DNA from: Psammoneis japonica
Lineage: Eukaryota
DNA length: 64,000 nt
Direction: 5' to 3'
Assembly (NCBI GenBank): GCA_008632985.1
Contig: QPGO01000015.1
Location: forward strand, 249,998 to 313,997
The translations under genes and the position numbers were made by a program. The notes under the pieces are model-generated. The model made no database searches and was not told where the DNA came from. It saw nothing but the letters and a program-made list of their open reading frames with translations. Positions 23,625 through 34,439 of the stretch are shown here, piece after piece. The first letter of the stretch is position 1; every line of letters begins with the position of its first letter.

Positions 23625-24850
23625 CAAGGAGAAGGAGGCATCAAAGAAGCTGCTTTAGCATGCCCAACGCAGCATGCAGGGCATTTTGCAGAGGGGATGG
23701 GGGAAGCACTGTCTGTGTGAAAGATGGAGAGGAAGCAAATGGCATGAGAGGAGAGGTGATGTGCAACATCATGAGTGAGAGTCTGAGTCACCCACTGAGA
23801 AGGGGAGGAGGAGGAATGGTGCATGGTGCCAAAGTGATCACTGATGAGCTGATTCTGGCAAAGTCAGCAAAGGAAAGGAAAAAGGAGGAAGAAGTGAGTG
23901 CACAACAGATGTGAACACCAGCAGGGTGGAGAAGAGGACAAGAGGGCAGGAGGTTTGCAGGCTCAGTGCAAGCAAACATCAATGGGCAAATGACACAGGG
24001 GCCCCAGGTCCACCAAATGGCAAAGATGGTGTCACAGAGGCCATTGGAGAGCTTGAGCTTGTGATTGCAATGGTGTGAGAGAAATGGGAAGGCTCAGTTT
24101 TTACAGGCATTGAGGGTGGCATGGAAGCAGGGGCAGCGAGAGCCAACGAGGCACACGGAGGCCAGGAAGGATGGGAAGGTGCTGTTTGTTCTGGGCAGCA
24201 ATGGTGCAGGCATCAGAGGCAAGGCAAGTGCTGAAACAGTGGCAAGAAAGGGAGTGAAGGGGAAGGCTTGTATGGGGGAAAGGGGGAAGGCTTGCAGGGG
24301 GGCAGGGATGAGACTTCTTGAGTGTTGCTGGGGCTGAGGGGGGAGCATCAGCAAGGGCAGCCAGAGGAGGCAGCAGCACCTTGCTGATGAGTGTGGCAGA
24401 GATGGTGAGCCAGACCAGGAAGCATGACTGACTTGACAAGAGTGGCCAAGGAGGGAGAAGGAAGCCGGGAGTCAGAGGCAAGGGCGGAAAAGCAAAGCCA
24501 CAGAGGAGGTGTGCAAAAGTGGAGATGATGGGAGCGAGGGTCGTTCCAAGAGGAGAGGGAGATTTTGAAGCAGCAGGGATGGTCAGCAGAGTTGCCAAAT
24601 GGCAGTTGGACTCCATGAGTGGCAAAGCGGAAGGAGCGATGGAGGGCCACAAGAAAGGAAGGAATGGCAGTGGCGGAAGGGAATTTGAAATTGAGATCTT
24701 GCGAGGGGCAAATGGGCCGCGTCGCCTCTTGCGCTGCTTCTTATCTGCCGCTACGGCGCCGGCAAAGCAGTGTCACCCAACCTGTTTTTCTTCTCTGTTT
24801 TTTCTTACTTCTTTGGTTGTCTTTCGTTGACAAGAGGGCAGTCATGGGCA
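23625..24850. mobile_element. Degenerate TpA/CpG-depleted repeat fragment with strong purine skew (possibly LINE-derived, minus strand)
   Basis: G/A-rich plus strand like the 13.5-kb fragment; near absence of TA; broken Pro/Leu/Ser-rich frames. Confidence 0.5.
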
Positions 24851-25008
24851 ACAGTTCTATGGCGAAATTGATGAAACGATGTAACAGCAAGGACAGGAAG
24901 AAGAAGGAAGGCAATAGCTCATAACGGATCTTTTATATTCACTCCATCCATTGACTGTATTGATTGTTTACTACCGACATACAGTAAAGAAGGCCCTTCG
25001 CTTCGCTG

Positions 25009-25338
25009 ATGCATTCGGTAGCTCTGTTTGTTGTATTGATATTTTCATATTTATGTGGGGTTGTTGCAGCAAGGAGCACCAGGCTCTTGTGGATGCTACA
25101 CGTACCTCCAGTTGCTCGCAACCGCCTCATGTCTCAATCGGAGCGTTTGCCTCTTGCGGATAAGTCTGAGCCTCGCCCTAAACTAGGACGCCAGAAGATA
25201 CCTCCACAGAATTCAAATCGTTCCGCGAAGGAGGAAGATGACGACGACGAAGACTTGTGGTGGCTCACTCGTCTCCTAATTCCCAAGAAGATGCGACAGC
25301 AAAAGGGTATACCAATTCCTGGTAAGAAAAGGAAATAA
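25009..25338 (+). CDS. Small hypothetical secreted protein
   Basis: Hydrophobic signal-like N-terminus, acidic patch and basic tail. Confidence 0.45.
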   Translation: MHSVALFVVLIFSYLCGVVAARSTRLLWMLHVPPVARNRLMSQSERLPLADKSEPRPKLGRQKIPPQNSNRSAKEEDDDDEDLWWLTRLLIPKKMRQQKGIPIPGKKRK

Positions 25339-25570
25339 TGAAAGCATGTGCACCTTGGGACTTGGGAATAATTCGAACTTCACTTTGCAGAATGCGACGA
25401 TAGATAGAACGATTTATAAATACTTCTTGTCGCTACAGCAGTCTTGACAAGTAACCGTGCAATAATTATTAAAAGATTGATTGGCCTCCCTTGGAATGTA
25501 CCGGTACTGCCACCTAGGAAGAGAAAGAATAAACCCTGCTCCAAGGCTATTGCTCGGCAACGACATTCTG

Positions 25571-27036
25571 CTATCGTCGAGAGCATTCACAACATGAGCA
25601 TACAACCTTTGCATTTATGCCATCGCAGTCTACATCGAGAAATCGGAGGTAAAGGTCGTAGTCTTCCCTTCTTTCATCCAGGACATCGCATATTGGTTCC
25701 ATGGTGCCGGTGAAATTGTTCCCGTTCAGGTACAAGGAAACTGAATAGCACAACAGAAAGGACATGAAGTGGAATGAGCCAACAATCTTACAACTAAATG
25801 TGTAAAATTGTCAAGGATAAACTTACCCAATCTCTCAAGAAGCAACAATGAGTTGGTGGGAATTGGTCGTTCAAACTGGTTGTTTTCCAACTGCAGGACT
25901 TGTAGGTTGACAAGGTTTCCGACCTTGTTGGAGAGTCCCCCGTTGAACTGATTATTGTTCAAATCGAGCGCAAGCAACCTGGTCAAGCCATAGAGCTCGT
26001 CGGGGATACCGCCAACCATGGCATTGTCGTCCAGATCTAGGTACTCCAACTGCGTAAGTTGTCCGACTTGTGATAAAAGAGGACCAGAAATCTTCTTGTT
26101 TCCATCCATAATCAATGACTTGAGCGTGACGAGGTCAAAGAGTTCGACAGGAAACCCCCCCTCGAGGCCATTGGCGGGAAGTTCAATGTGTGTGAGGGGT
26201 GATAGCGAATCCGGTGGCAGATCATCCTCGGCATCCTCGCATTTCAATCCAAACCAGTAGCACTCGTTGCTGGCGTCGAGAAATCGCGTAGCGTTTGGAA
26301 GGAGGGCGTTATCTCGTAGTTCGAGATTGACATCGACGCAATCGCCCACATTGTCCGAGGATGGGAGATCAGCTCGGCAGTTGAGCCAGTCGTCTCCGTT
26401 GAATTGAAAGTACAACAGGGCTGCGGTGTATCGTTGAAGCACGCGATTGGCATTTAGGGGACACAGGGTTGCCCCATCGACATTGTCGAGCCAATCGAGC
26501 GCTGCATACTGTGGAGACGTAGGGTCAGTCAAGTCTTCAGTGCTTGAGACCGACGAACATACCGTTCGCAAGAAGGAGGATCGATCTCGAGCCGTCATTT
26601 GACACTTGGCGAGAATGATGCTGTCTCTCGATGTCACGGTAGGTGCTGGCGTTGGCTGTGCGGTTACATCTACATCGCTTCCAGTCGGGGTTGGCGGTGG
26701 TGTCTCGGGTGGGAGCGTATCAGGATTTGTCACGACCGACGGCGGTGGCGATGGAGGCGGAAATGAAACTGTCGGGTTTGCCGTAGGCGCGATCGGAACA
26801 GGCGATGAAGTAAGGTCAGCCGACATTGACATTTCCAAAACAGCTCGATCAAACCACTCCACTGAATTGTCGAGGTCTTTCCATATCAGTGACTGTTCAA
26901 TGAGCTGTTGCTGTTGTTGTGAACTCCAAAGATCGGAGTCGCTTCCCATGCGCATACGCCGCAACCCACCGGCCGCCGCCCATGATGCTTGTTGCCACGG
27001 GCTTAGCACCGCCACCAGCCCGATGCAGCGACGCAT
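25571..27036 (-). CDS. Leucine-rich-repeat cell-surface/secreted protein, 2 exons
   Basis: Pro/Thr-rich stalk; SPQYAALDWL and LQRY motifs; plant-type LRRs (L..L.L..N.L.G.IP). Intron 25826..25741 joins a Cys-rich cap. Start at 27036 or 27159. Confidence 0.85.
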
Positions 27037-28415
27037 TGCCGCGAAGGTGATTCCGAGTCGACGACGACATTGGTTGTAATTGTTACAAGTTGCGGTCATA
27101 ACGTCTGCACGCTGGACTTGCGGTGGAAGGTGGCCAGAGGTCGCTGAACAGTTTCTCATTATTTATTCTTGGAATAACGCGGCAGTCGGCGACATTATTT
27201 GCTTCTTCATCTCCCTCCAATTCCGGGTCCAAGTAGTTCCAAAATGCTAATAGTCTTGCTTACTCACTCGAGCAAACAACAAATCAGAGCAGTTCCTACT
27301 ATCACGGCAAATAACGCAGAGGAACAGGGGTGTCAGTGCTGTTGTTTAGTACGCGCGAGAGGTGTTGATACTGGACCGTTTTCGGATTTCAAAACGATCG
27401 AAATATTTAATGTGTTTCAAATATAAATATTCAACCTTGAAGTGTATATTACATGGAAATCTTATGAGTTTCGATTCACTTAGGCGACCAACGGATGGCA
27501 TTTTCTTTAAGGACTTAGGCTTTGAAAATGTCGCATTTCACGCCTGTCGAGTCTTATTTACCGGATAGTGCACTCAAACCCGCCAAAATTAGAGGAATTC
27601 AAGATTATATTAGTATTTAATGCTTAATTTTCTTTTATACCTGCACGCGTAGGAGTATCGAGTTTGTGAGGAAATAGTGGCGGGGGTCGGACGATGCGCA
27701 TTTGCTAATTCTTGGACGGCACGGGCGAAATACGGACGATTCTTCGATTCCACTCGATCGCTCGCGCGATCGCTCGCGCGATCGCTCGCTGTGACTGATT
27801 GAATGAATGAAAGAGGCGAAGCAAGTTACAGTAGGGCCTAATAGTTAATAGGTCCTACTGTTGCGAGGAACAACAAAGTAAGAAGACCACGTCGTTCCGG
27901 TTAAAGTATTAGGAGATCAACAAAGAATGGAAATCTGATAGAAGAAGATGAAGACTGAGCAACAGAACGCGCTTCTTACAATGAGAAAACTTGCAGTGCG
28001 TCAGCTGTGGCAAAAACTCTGCTCTCCTTGTAGCTCTGACGTAGCAAACTTATCCTCAGCAACCAATTTATAAAATGTCGCATGTACAGCTCTAGAGAAA
28101 AACATGAAAGATAAACCTCCTCTCTCTCTCTAGAGAGAGAGAGAGACAGCCAGTGTCTCTAGTGTGGGGGATGCAAATTCACATTTCGAAAGAACCGCTA
28201 CAAGGTTACGAACTACGACTACAACGAACCTGAGACTGAGGCGCATTCAATAACCGGATTGTCATCTTGAGCCCCGACATTATGGATTCTTCGATAGAAA
28301 GGGCAAAATGGGCGCCTGAAACATGCAGCAATTTGAGCATTTGTGTCGTGACGAAGTGCTTGTCGCAAGCATGTCAAGTTGTTGGGAGTGGATCTGTTCA
28401 TTCAAAAGCAAATAG

Positions 28416-29039
28416 TTAGTCCGAGTCACTGTCACTGGCTAGATTGATTGCACACTCTCGACTTTGTCCTTGATTGTCACGTGAGATTTGTCGTCTGGAA
28501 TTACATGCAGAACAACAAGAGGACACAGTCTCGTTCACCACTGTGCACCTGGCGCAAGTCCAAGAGGTTTGGGACCTGAAGATTTTTGCTTTATTTTCGT
28601 GGATTCGAGACGTCAATTCTCCTCTTTTCGTTTTGCCATTGCGTGATTGGCTGTGTGAATCCGAGTTTGTGCGTTTGGCAGAAACAGCTTTGCTTGGACG
28701 GGGCCTCGTGTCGGAAATTTGCGTTCCTTGTTTCGCGGTTTCCTGTTTTTCAAAACGTTTAGCCGCAGCTTCTCCTGCAGCCAAAATTGCGTTTCGTGAT
28801 GAGGCTCTCGATTTGCGACTCGTGGTGGCTTTGATGGTGGATCCGTCGTGTGGCAAGCTGCGCTTTCGACTGCCACCAAGTGCGCGACCCTGCGTCTTCC
28901 TCCAAGCTGAAGCTTTGCGTTCTGCTGCCTTGGCGGCAACTTTTTCAGATTCTTCTCCATGACTAAACTCTAGAGTGTGTTGGTAATGATGCTGATACTT
29001 GCATCCAGACCCTTCGGGACATGGTCGGCGGCGTGGCAT
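28416..29039 (-). CDS. PBZ-type zinc finger plus RanBP2/NZF-type zinc finger protein
   Basis: CPEGSGCKYQHHYQHTLEFSH at the N-terminus; WTCARCTVVNETVSSCCSAC near the C-terminus; tail INLASDSDSD. Confidence 0.7.
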   Translation of the reverse strand: MPRRRPCPEGSGCKYQHHYQHTLEFSHGEESEKVAAKAAERKASAWRKTQGRALGGSRKRSLPHDGSTIKATTSRKSRASSRNAILAAGEAAAKRFEKQETAKQGTQISDTRPRPSKAVSAKRTNSDSHSQSRNGKTKRGELTSRIHENKAKIFRSQTSWTCARCTVVNETVSSCCSACNSRRQISRDNQGQSRECAINLASDSDSD

Positions 29040-29351
29040 CTTTTTTCCTTTTTTTTGGAGCGCAGAATTTTTTTGTTTGGAAGCGCGCAATCGACTTTAG
29101 TGATGTGCGCTCTATGAACACGTTTCCAATGCTAAAAGGCTAGAGTAGTACCGGTATGTTATGTTAGTTAGTTTGTAGGTCAAGTGTAGGTGCCGGTACG
29201 GTAGCCCTACCGGTTTGTGATGTGTGTTTTCTTTGCCAAGAGCGCGCAAGTTCCACAGGATTCACTCTACTCTCTCTAGAGCGGGTAAAGTAGTTTGTAC
29301 ATCATGGCATCAAGAGCGTAAATCTATGGGTATGACTTTGAATCTTTGTTG

Positions 29352-31313
29352 CTACAACTCATCGGCGTCTGGAACAGCATCAACTCTTGTGCTGTTCATC
29401 AGTCCTCTCCAGTATGCGTCCACGTCAAATAGCCTTTCCTGCAAGCTTCTTCTACCAGAATGCTCTTGATCTCCCTGTTTTGAACCTTGTTTCTTGAGAT
29501 CAAGCTTGCCTAGGGCTGAACCCTTCAATCCTAGCAGTTCCTCGTCGATGAGCGCGTTCTTCCCCTCACCAACGACAGCACGAAGAATCTCGACAGCCTC
29601 ACGATGCTGCTTGTTGCTCTCTTCGTAATCCTCCAAAAACAAGTACACCAACGCCATGTTCAGCTTCAGATCAGCTATGAAACGATCTTCACCATCGACG
29701 TTATCGAGATACAGTTCCAGTGCCCTTTGAAAGTGACCTAATGCACTTTCCTTCTCATGTGTAGTCAGTTTCAAGATACCAATAGTGGCTTGCAGCTGAA
29801 CTTCGTAGAGCTCGTCAGCTTGGTAATACTGTTCATCAGCATCGCTGTATTCGTCGGAAAGTGGAACTTCGTGTCCTCCGTAGAGAGATTCATGATATTC
29901 ACGGAGGGATTCTTCTTGGGTGTGTAGCATTTTATCGATATCCGATGTATCCATCTCTGATTCGCTTGGCAAAATAGTAAGAGGAACTCCATGCAGAGAC
30001 ACTAGATTCATGGCTTTCTCGTATTTTTCGTTCGCTTCATCGTACATGCCCATTTGCAGGTATGCCTCAGTGATGCTGTACGAAAGTTCAGCTACTAGGG
30101 AGAGATGTCCTTCTTGCATGTCAGAGTCATCAAACTGCGCAAGATCTTCGTATATTAGAATAGCTTCCTCCCATTCTTGTATCACATCTTCATTTGAACC
30201 CATAATAAGAGATGCCGATCCAGAGCTGTGTAGATTATTGGCCACCATATTTTGATGGTCTCTTTTCAGTTCCGCGTCTCTATCGACACGGTTAGCAGCT
30301 CTTCGATACACCTCCGTCGCAGCTTTCAACTTTTGCTTTCCTGCTTCGGCATTATCTAGGATTTGGTTAAGCTGCATGTTCGTGTTCGATGCCCCGAGGA
30401 TATTCATAGAAGTATCTTGCGTGCTTTCAATAAGCAAAATTCCCACACGCGTTGCTACGTCGGCCCACCTCAGTTCAATGTCATTAAATGTAGTTTCATC
30501 TAGACGACTGACAGCATCCTGCAACAACTGGTGAAACGTGTCTTCTGACTCCCGGTAGTACAGCAGAGTGTTGTCCAAATGTGAGTTGTCCGAATGCAAT
30601 TGGTACGATTCTGCAAGTAATGATGTCGTTATTCCGATCGCAATGTTGATGTCATCACGGTCCATGGCATTGTCAAGCTGCGGTAGTACTCGCTTGAACA
30701 ACTTGAGAGATTCCTCATAGGCATTTATCGCTAACTCCAAAACATCATTAGATACTTCTACGTCAACACCCAATGATCCATGCATGGCCTCACCTCTATG
30801 TGCCAAGGCGAGGACTGAGAGCTGATCCGCAAGGTCAATGTCATTTGCGTTGCGGGAATATGACCTGGAGATGCTGTTTAACGCTCTTGCAACTTCCGAT
30901 CCGTAACTATCAAATGGTTGGACGTAAGATCGAGATCCTATAACCATGTATTTTTCAGTGTCGGTATTCTTATCCGAGCCCATCATTACAGTGGTTTCGT
31001 CTTGTTTGTTCGTGTCGGCCTCGTGTGGTTTTGGCTTTCGAGAAAAGGTGGCTTCAAGGCAGTATGGGTCATTCTTTTCTTCGATGCAATGCTCTATTCG
31101 CCATTCGGATTCTGACAATCTGTTCAAGATGACTTGACAAACAATATTTCCGTTGTCATCTGAATGGCACTCCATTTGAGATAGTGTCGATGCATCCTGG
31201 CCAGCTGCAGTGATTTCGGTTGTGAGCAGGATTGCTGCAACGCAAACGCACCAGACAGCAAATCGCTGTCGGCTCCAATCCAGTTCGTTCGCTACCATTC
31301 GTTCTGCTTCCAA
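29352..31313 (-). CDS. TPR-repeat protein with signal peptide and C-terminal ADEL (ER-retention-like)
   Basis: Hydrophobic N-terminal segment, A...Y..AL helical repeats, ends DADEL. True start is probably the downstream Met. Confidence 0.75.
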   Translation of the reverse strand: MEAERMVANELDWSRQRFAVWCVCVAAILLTTEITAAGQDASTLSQMECHSDDNGNIVCQVILNRLSESEWRIEHCIEEKNDPYCLEATFSRKPKPHEADTNKQDETTVMMGSDKNTDTEKYMVIGSRSYVQPFDSYGSEVARALNSISRSYSRNANDIDLADQLSVLALAHRGEAMHGSLGVDVEVSNDVLELAINAYEESLKLFKRVLPQLDNAMDRDDINIAIGITTSLLAESYQLHSDNSHLDNTLLYYRESEDTFHQLLQDAVSRLDETTFNDIELRWADVATRVGILLIESTQDTSMNILGASNTNMQLNQILDNAEAGKQKLKAATEVYRRAANRVDRDAELKRDHQNMVANNLHSSGSASLIMGSNEDVIQEWEEAILIYEDLAQFDDSDMQEGHLSLVAELSYSITEAYLQMGMYDEANEKYEKAMNLVSLHGVPLTILPSESEMDTSDIDKMLHTQEESLREYHESLYGGHEVPLSDEYSDADEQYYQADELYEVQLQATIGILKLTTHEKESALGHFQRALELYLDNVDGEDRFIADLKLNMALVYLFLEDYEESNKQHREAVEILRAVVGEGKNALIDEELLGLKGSALGKLDLKKQGSKQGDQEHSGRRSLQERLFDVDAYWRGLMNSTRVDAVPDADEL

Positions 31314-31784
31314 GCTTGTGAAGCTTAACTCTCGGGTCTATCTATACACGTTGATCGTGCAAAGGTGTCGATTCTTTGCTGGTTGTACAATTGGTGGCTC
31401 TTGGTGGAAGATAATGTAGCATGTGCGCCGCAATTTCTCTCTCCGTCATCATCATCTTGTGAGTGTCGCGGCGTCTGACGAGAGCGAGAGAAGGCCACAT
31501 ACAAGCAGCGTTAGATTGACGATTTCGTCATCTACTGATCTATAGATGATATTTATTATATCTATGTAAATTCAATAATAATTATATAGCCATTTTAGAT
31601 TTTTCAGCAGCATAAACTTTAATTGAATTGTTGAAGTTATTTTATGAAAAATTCAAGAATTAAGTATTTATATATATGTTTAAAAGGTATTAAACTACGT
31701 ATACAAAATATTGGCGCTCCCGCACCCATGAAGGTGAAGCGCCGATGTTCTCATCACACTCAAACCTCAAACCGCGACTTGACG

Positions 31785-33951
31785 ATGAGCGGCCGACTGC
31801 AGCTTTCAATCACTGCAAGGAAGCTTCCTAACCTTTCGCGGTTCCTAGGCACGTCAGATCCATTTGCAGTGGTGACAGTTCGTGGGGACAACCCTGATAA
31901 CCCTCCCGCCGTCGTTGGGCATACAGAAGTGTGAGTCTTAGTCAGCCCTCGTGAAACAGTACGGGAGCCTACGTGTAACTCCTTTTCTTACTTCTCGCTC
32001 AAACTCTCTTGCCTACTTCACAAATCTGCAGAGCCTATGATAATCTTAATCCGTCATGGGCGACAGTGATCGTGCTAGAGAACTATAGGTTCGGTGTTCC
32101 AATGTTTTTTGAGGTCGGTGTGTTTGACTTTGAGAACAAAGTGACGGGGAAGCGCCAGAAAGAATTAGCCATAGAAAGCAGCGTGGCAGGACATTTAATC
32201 ACAGGCGATGTCACAGATACCGATGTTCTCGTTGGATTGAAGAGCGGGACATTCGATCACAAAGTGATGGGCACAGCACTTTTTGAAGTCGGCGAAGTGC
32301 TTGGGTCAAAAGGAAATCTTGCTTCGAAAGCCCTCAACTACAAAGCTCAAGGGGCTCATGTCTCTGTATGTCTCGAACGGAGCTCTCAGGAAGGCAAACA
32401 AGGTACCATTCGTTTCCGACTTCGGGGATCAGACTTGCGAAGTAAGCAGTCTTTTATGCGGGCGAAGATCAATCCGTTTTTTGAAGTTTACCGTCGGGTG
32501 GATAGTCCGACTGGAGCCACATGGTAGGTCAATTCCTCATGATTGTGCTTATTGTAGGATTGTCTTCATTTCTCAATTATTAAGCAATTTGAAATATTTT
32601 TCAAGGTCGAGTGTCTTTCGAAGCAACGCGGTACGGGCAAGTTCAAATCCGATATGGGACGAAGCAGTGATGGAAATGGAAACATTTTGCAATGGTGATT
32701 ATGATCGGATCATTAAGATCAATGTTTATGATCGCCGGCGAAACGGGCCACCAAAACAATTCGGAGAGGTGGAAACAACTGTAAATAACTTTATTGATGC
32801 GGGTAAGTCTGGGCTGCCTTTGACGCTTATTGGCAAGGACGGGAGCAGCAGCGGCAGCATCCAGGTTATGCGTGTGGAGGTACAGGGCGCTTCAGCCGAC
32901 AGGATGGTTAGCTCGCCTAGTGGCAGAATACCGCCCCAACCCCGTCTTGCCCGTAGGCCCGAGTTTGTTGACTATCTGAGTGGTGGCTGCCAAATCAGTC
33001 TCGCAGTAGCCATTGACTTTACAGCCTCGAACGGTAAGTACCTCAACTTTCACCTTTTTCCCGTGTGCATTAGCGAATGCTTTGCTGACGCTGTCGCTTG
33101 CTGTGTTGACACGCTAGGTAATCCGGGCCAAAAAGGGACTCCGCATTATTTCCATCCTGATTCACCGGACTCGTTTAATGACTACGAAAAAGCAATCTAC
33201 GCTGTAGGGACAATCTTGGCAAAATATGATGCAAACCAGATGTTCCCCGTATGGGGATTCGGTGCGAAATATGACCATATTGTGCGTCACTGCTTTCAGT
33301 GCGGCGATGATGTGGAAGTACACGGCGTCAATGGCATCCTTGAAGCATATCGTGGAGTATTTGAGACTCCTTTGACAATGAGTCATCCGACAGACTTGAC
33401 GGAAGTCATTCAGACCGCTAGTTTGTACGCGCAGCACGAGCAGGTATGTTGTTGTTGTTCGACTCGGCATCCATCGTGCGCAGGTATTCGTGATCACTTA
33501 CCTTTTGCGGCTAATTATCGTTTGCACCTTTTAGGCTGAAGCGCAGGAGAGCAATCAACTCTCCTACACCATTCTCCTAATCTTAACAGCTGGCAACATT
33601 GAGAATGTAAGAGAAACCAAGTATGAACTCAATGATGCCAGCAATTCTCCTCTGTCAGTAGTAATTGTTGGTATCGGTGACGACAATTTTTCAAGGATGG
33701 AATTCCTTGACGATCATGATCCAGGAACGGATACTGGTCGTGATATTACAAAGTTTGTGCGGTTCAGTGATTTCAAAAGCTTCAACGCCCTTACCGAGGC
33801 TGTCTTTGACGAAATTCCGGATCAAGTTGTAGACTACTTCTATGAACGGGACATGTTACCCGGCGTTAAAGAAGAGACGGAACTCGATGACGTAGAAGTG
33901 CAACCGGCTGACGATGACGAAAGAACGATTAATTTCTTGCCTGGACATTGA
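31785..33951 (+). CDS. Copine (C2-C2-vWA), 5 exons
   Basis: TSDPF, NLNPSW, SSNPIW, VAIDFTASNG, FPVWGFGA, SPLSVVIVGIG. Introns 31931-32031, 32524-32605, 33034-33117 and 33444-33534. Confidence 0.92.
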
Positions 33952-34439
33952 GACATTCGCAAATCAAAATACGGTATCTCACCAACGTGATGGACCGCAA
34001 AAGTAGTGTCATGTCACGTTAAAGCCCACCTGTTTTTAAAGAATGAGAAGTTTTGTTGCATGGCAGGGCATCTTCAGTAGGTCCATGTGTTTGGCTGGAA
34101 ACGTTCTTAATGAAGTTGGTAACAAAAGGATATCGGTACTTGGATTCTCTAAGAGATGGACTGCTCCTTACGATGCCTTACTCTAGAATAAGGAACCGGA
34201 AAAAGCGTAGATACCGTGAAATAGTCTGTAAAGAGCAAACACTAACTCCATGGCTAACGGTTCTGATGGCAGAAATGACCTGCTCGTCGGCTAGAGTTCG
34301 GCTTCTCTCAACAATTGTTAGCTTTGCCGTTGAGAATGTTGGTGTGCGCAGAATAATCATTCGTTGGCCCTGCCATGACACGCCTGAATTTACTGGGTGT
34401 TGCGTGCCGGGAGGTGTCCCTCCTCACAAAAAGGTTCCT

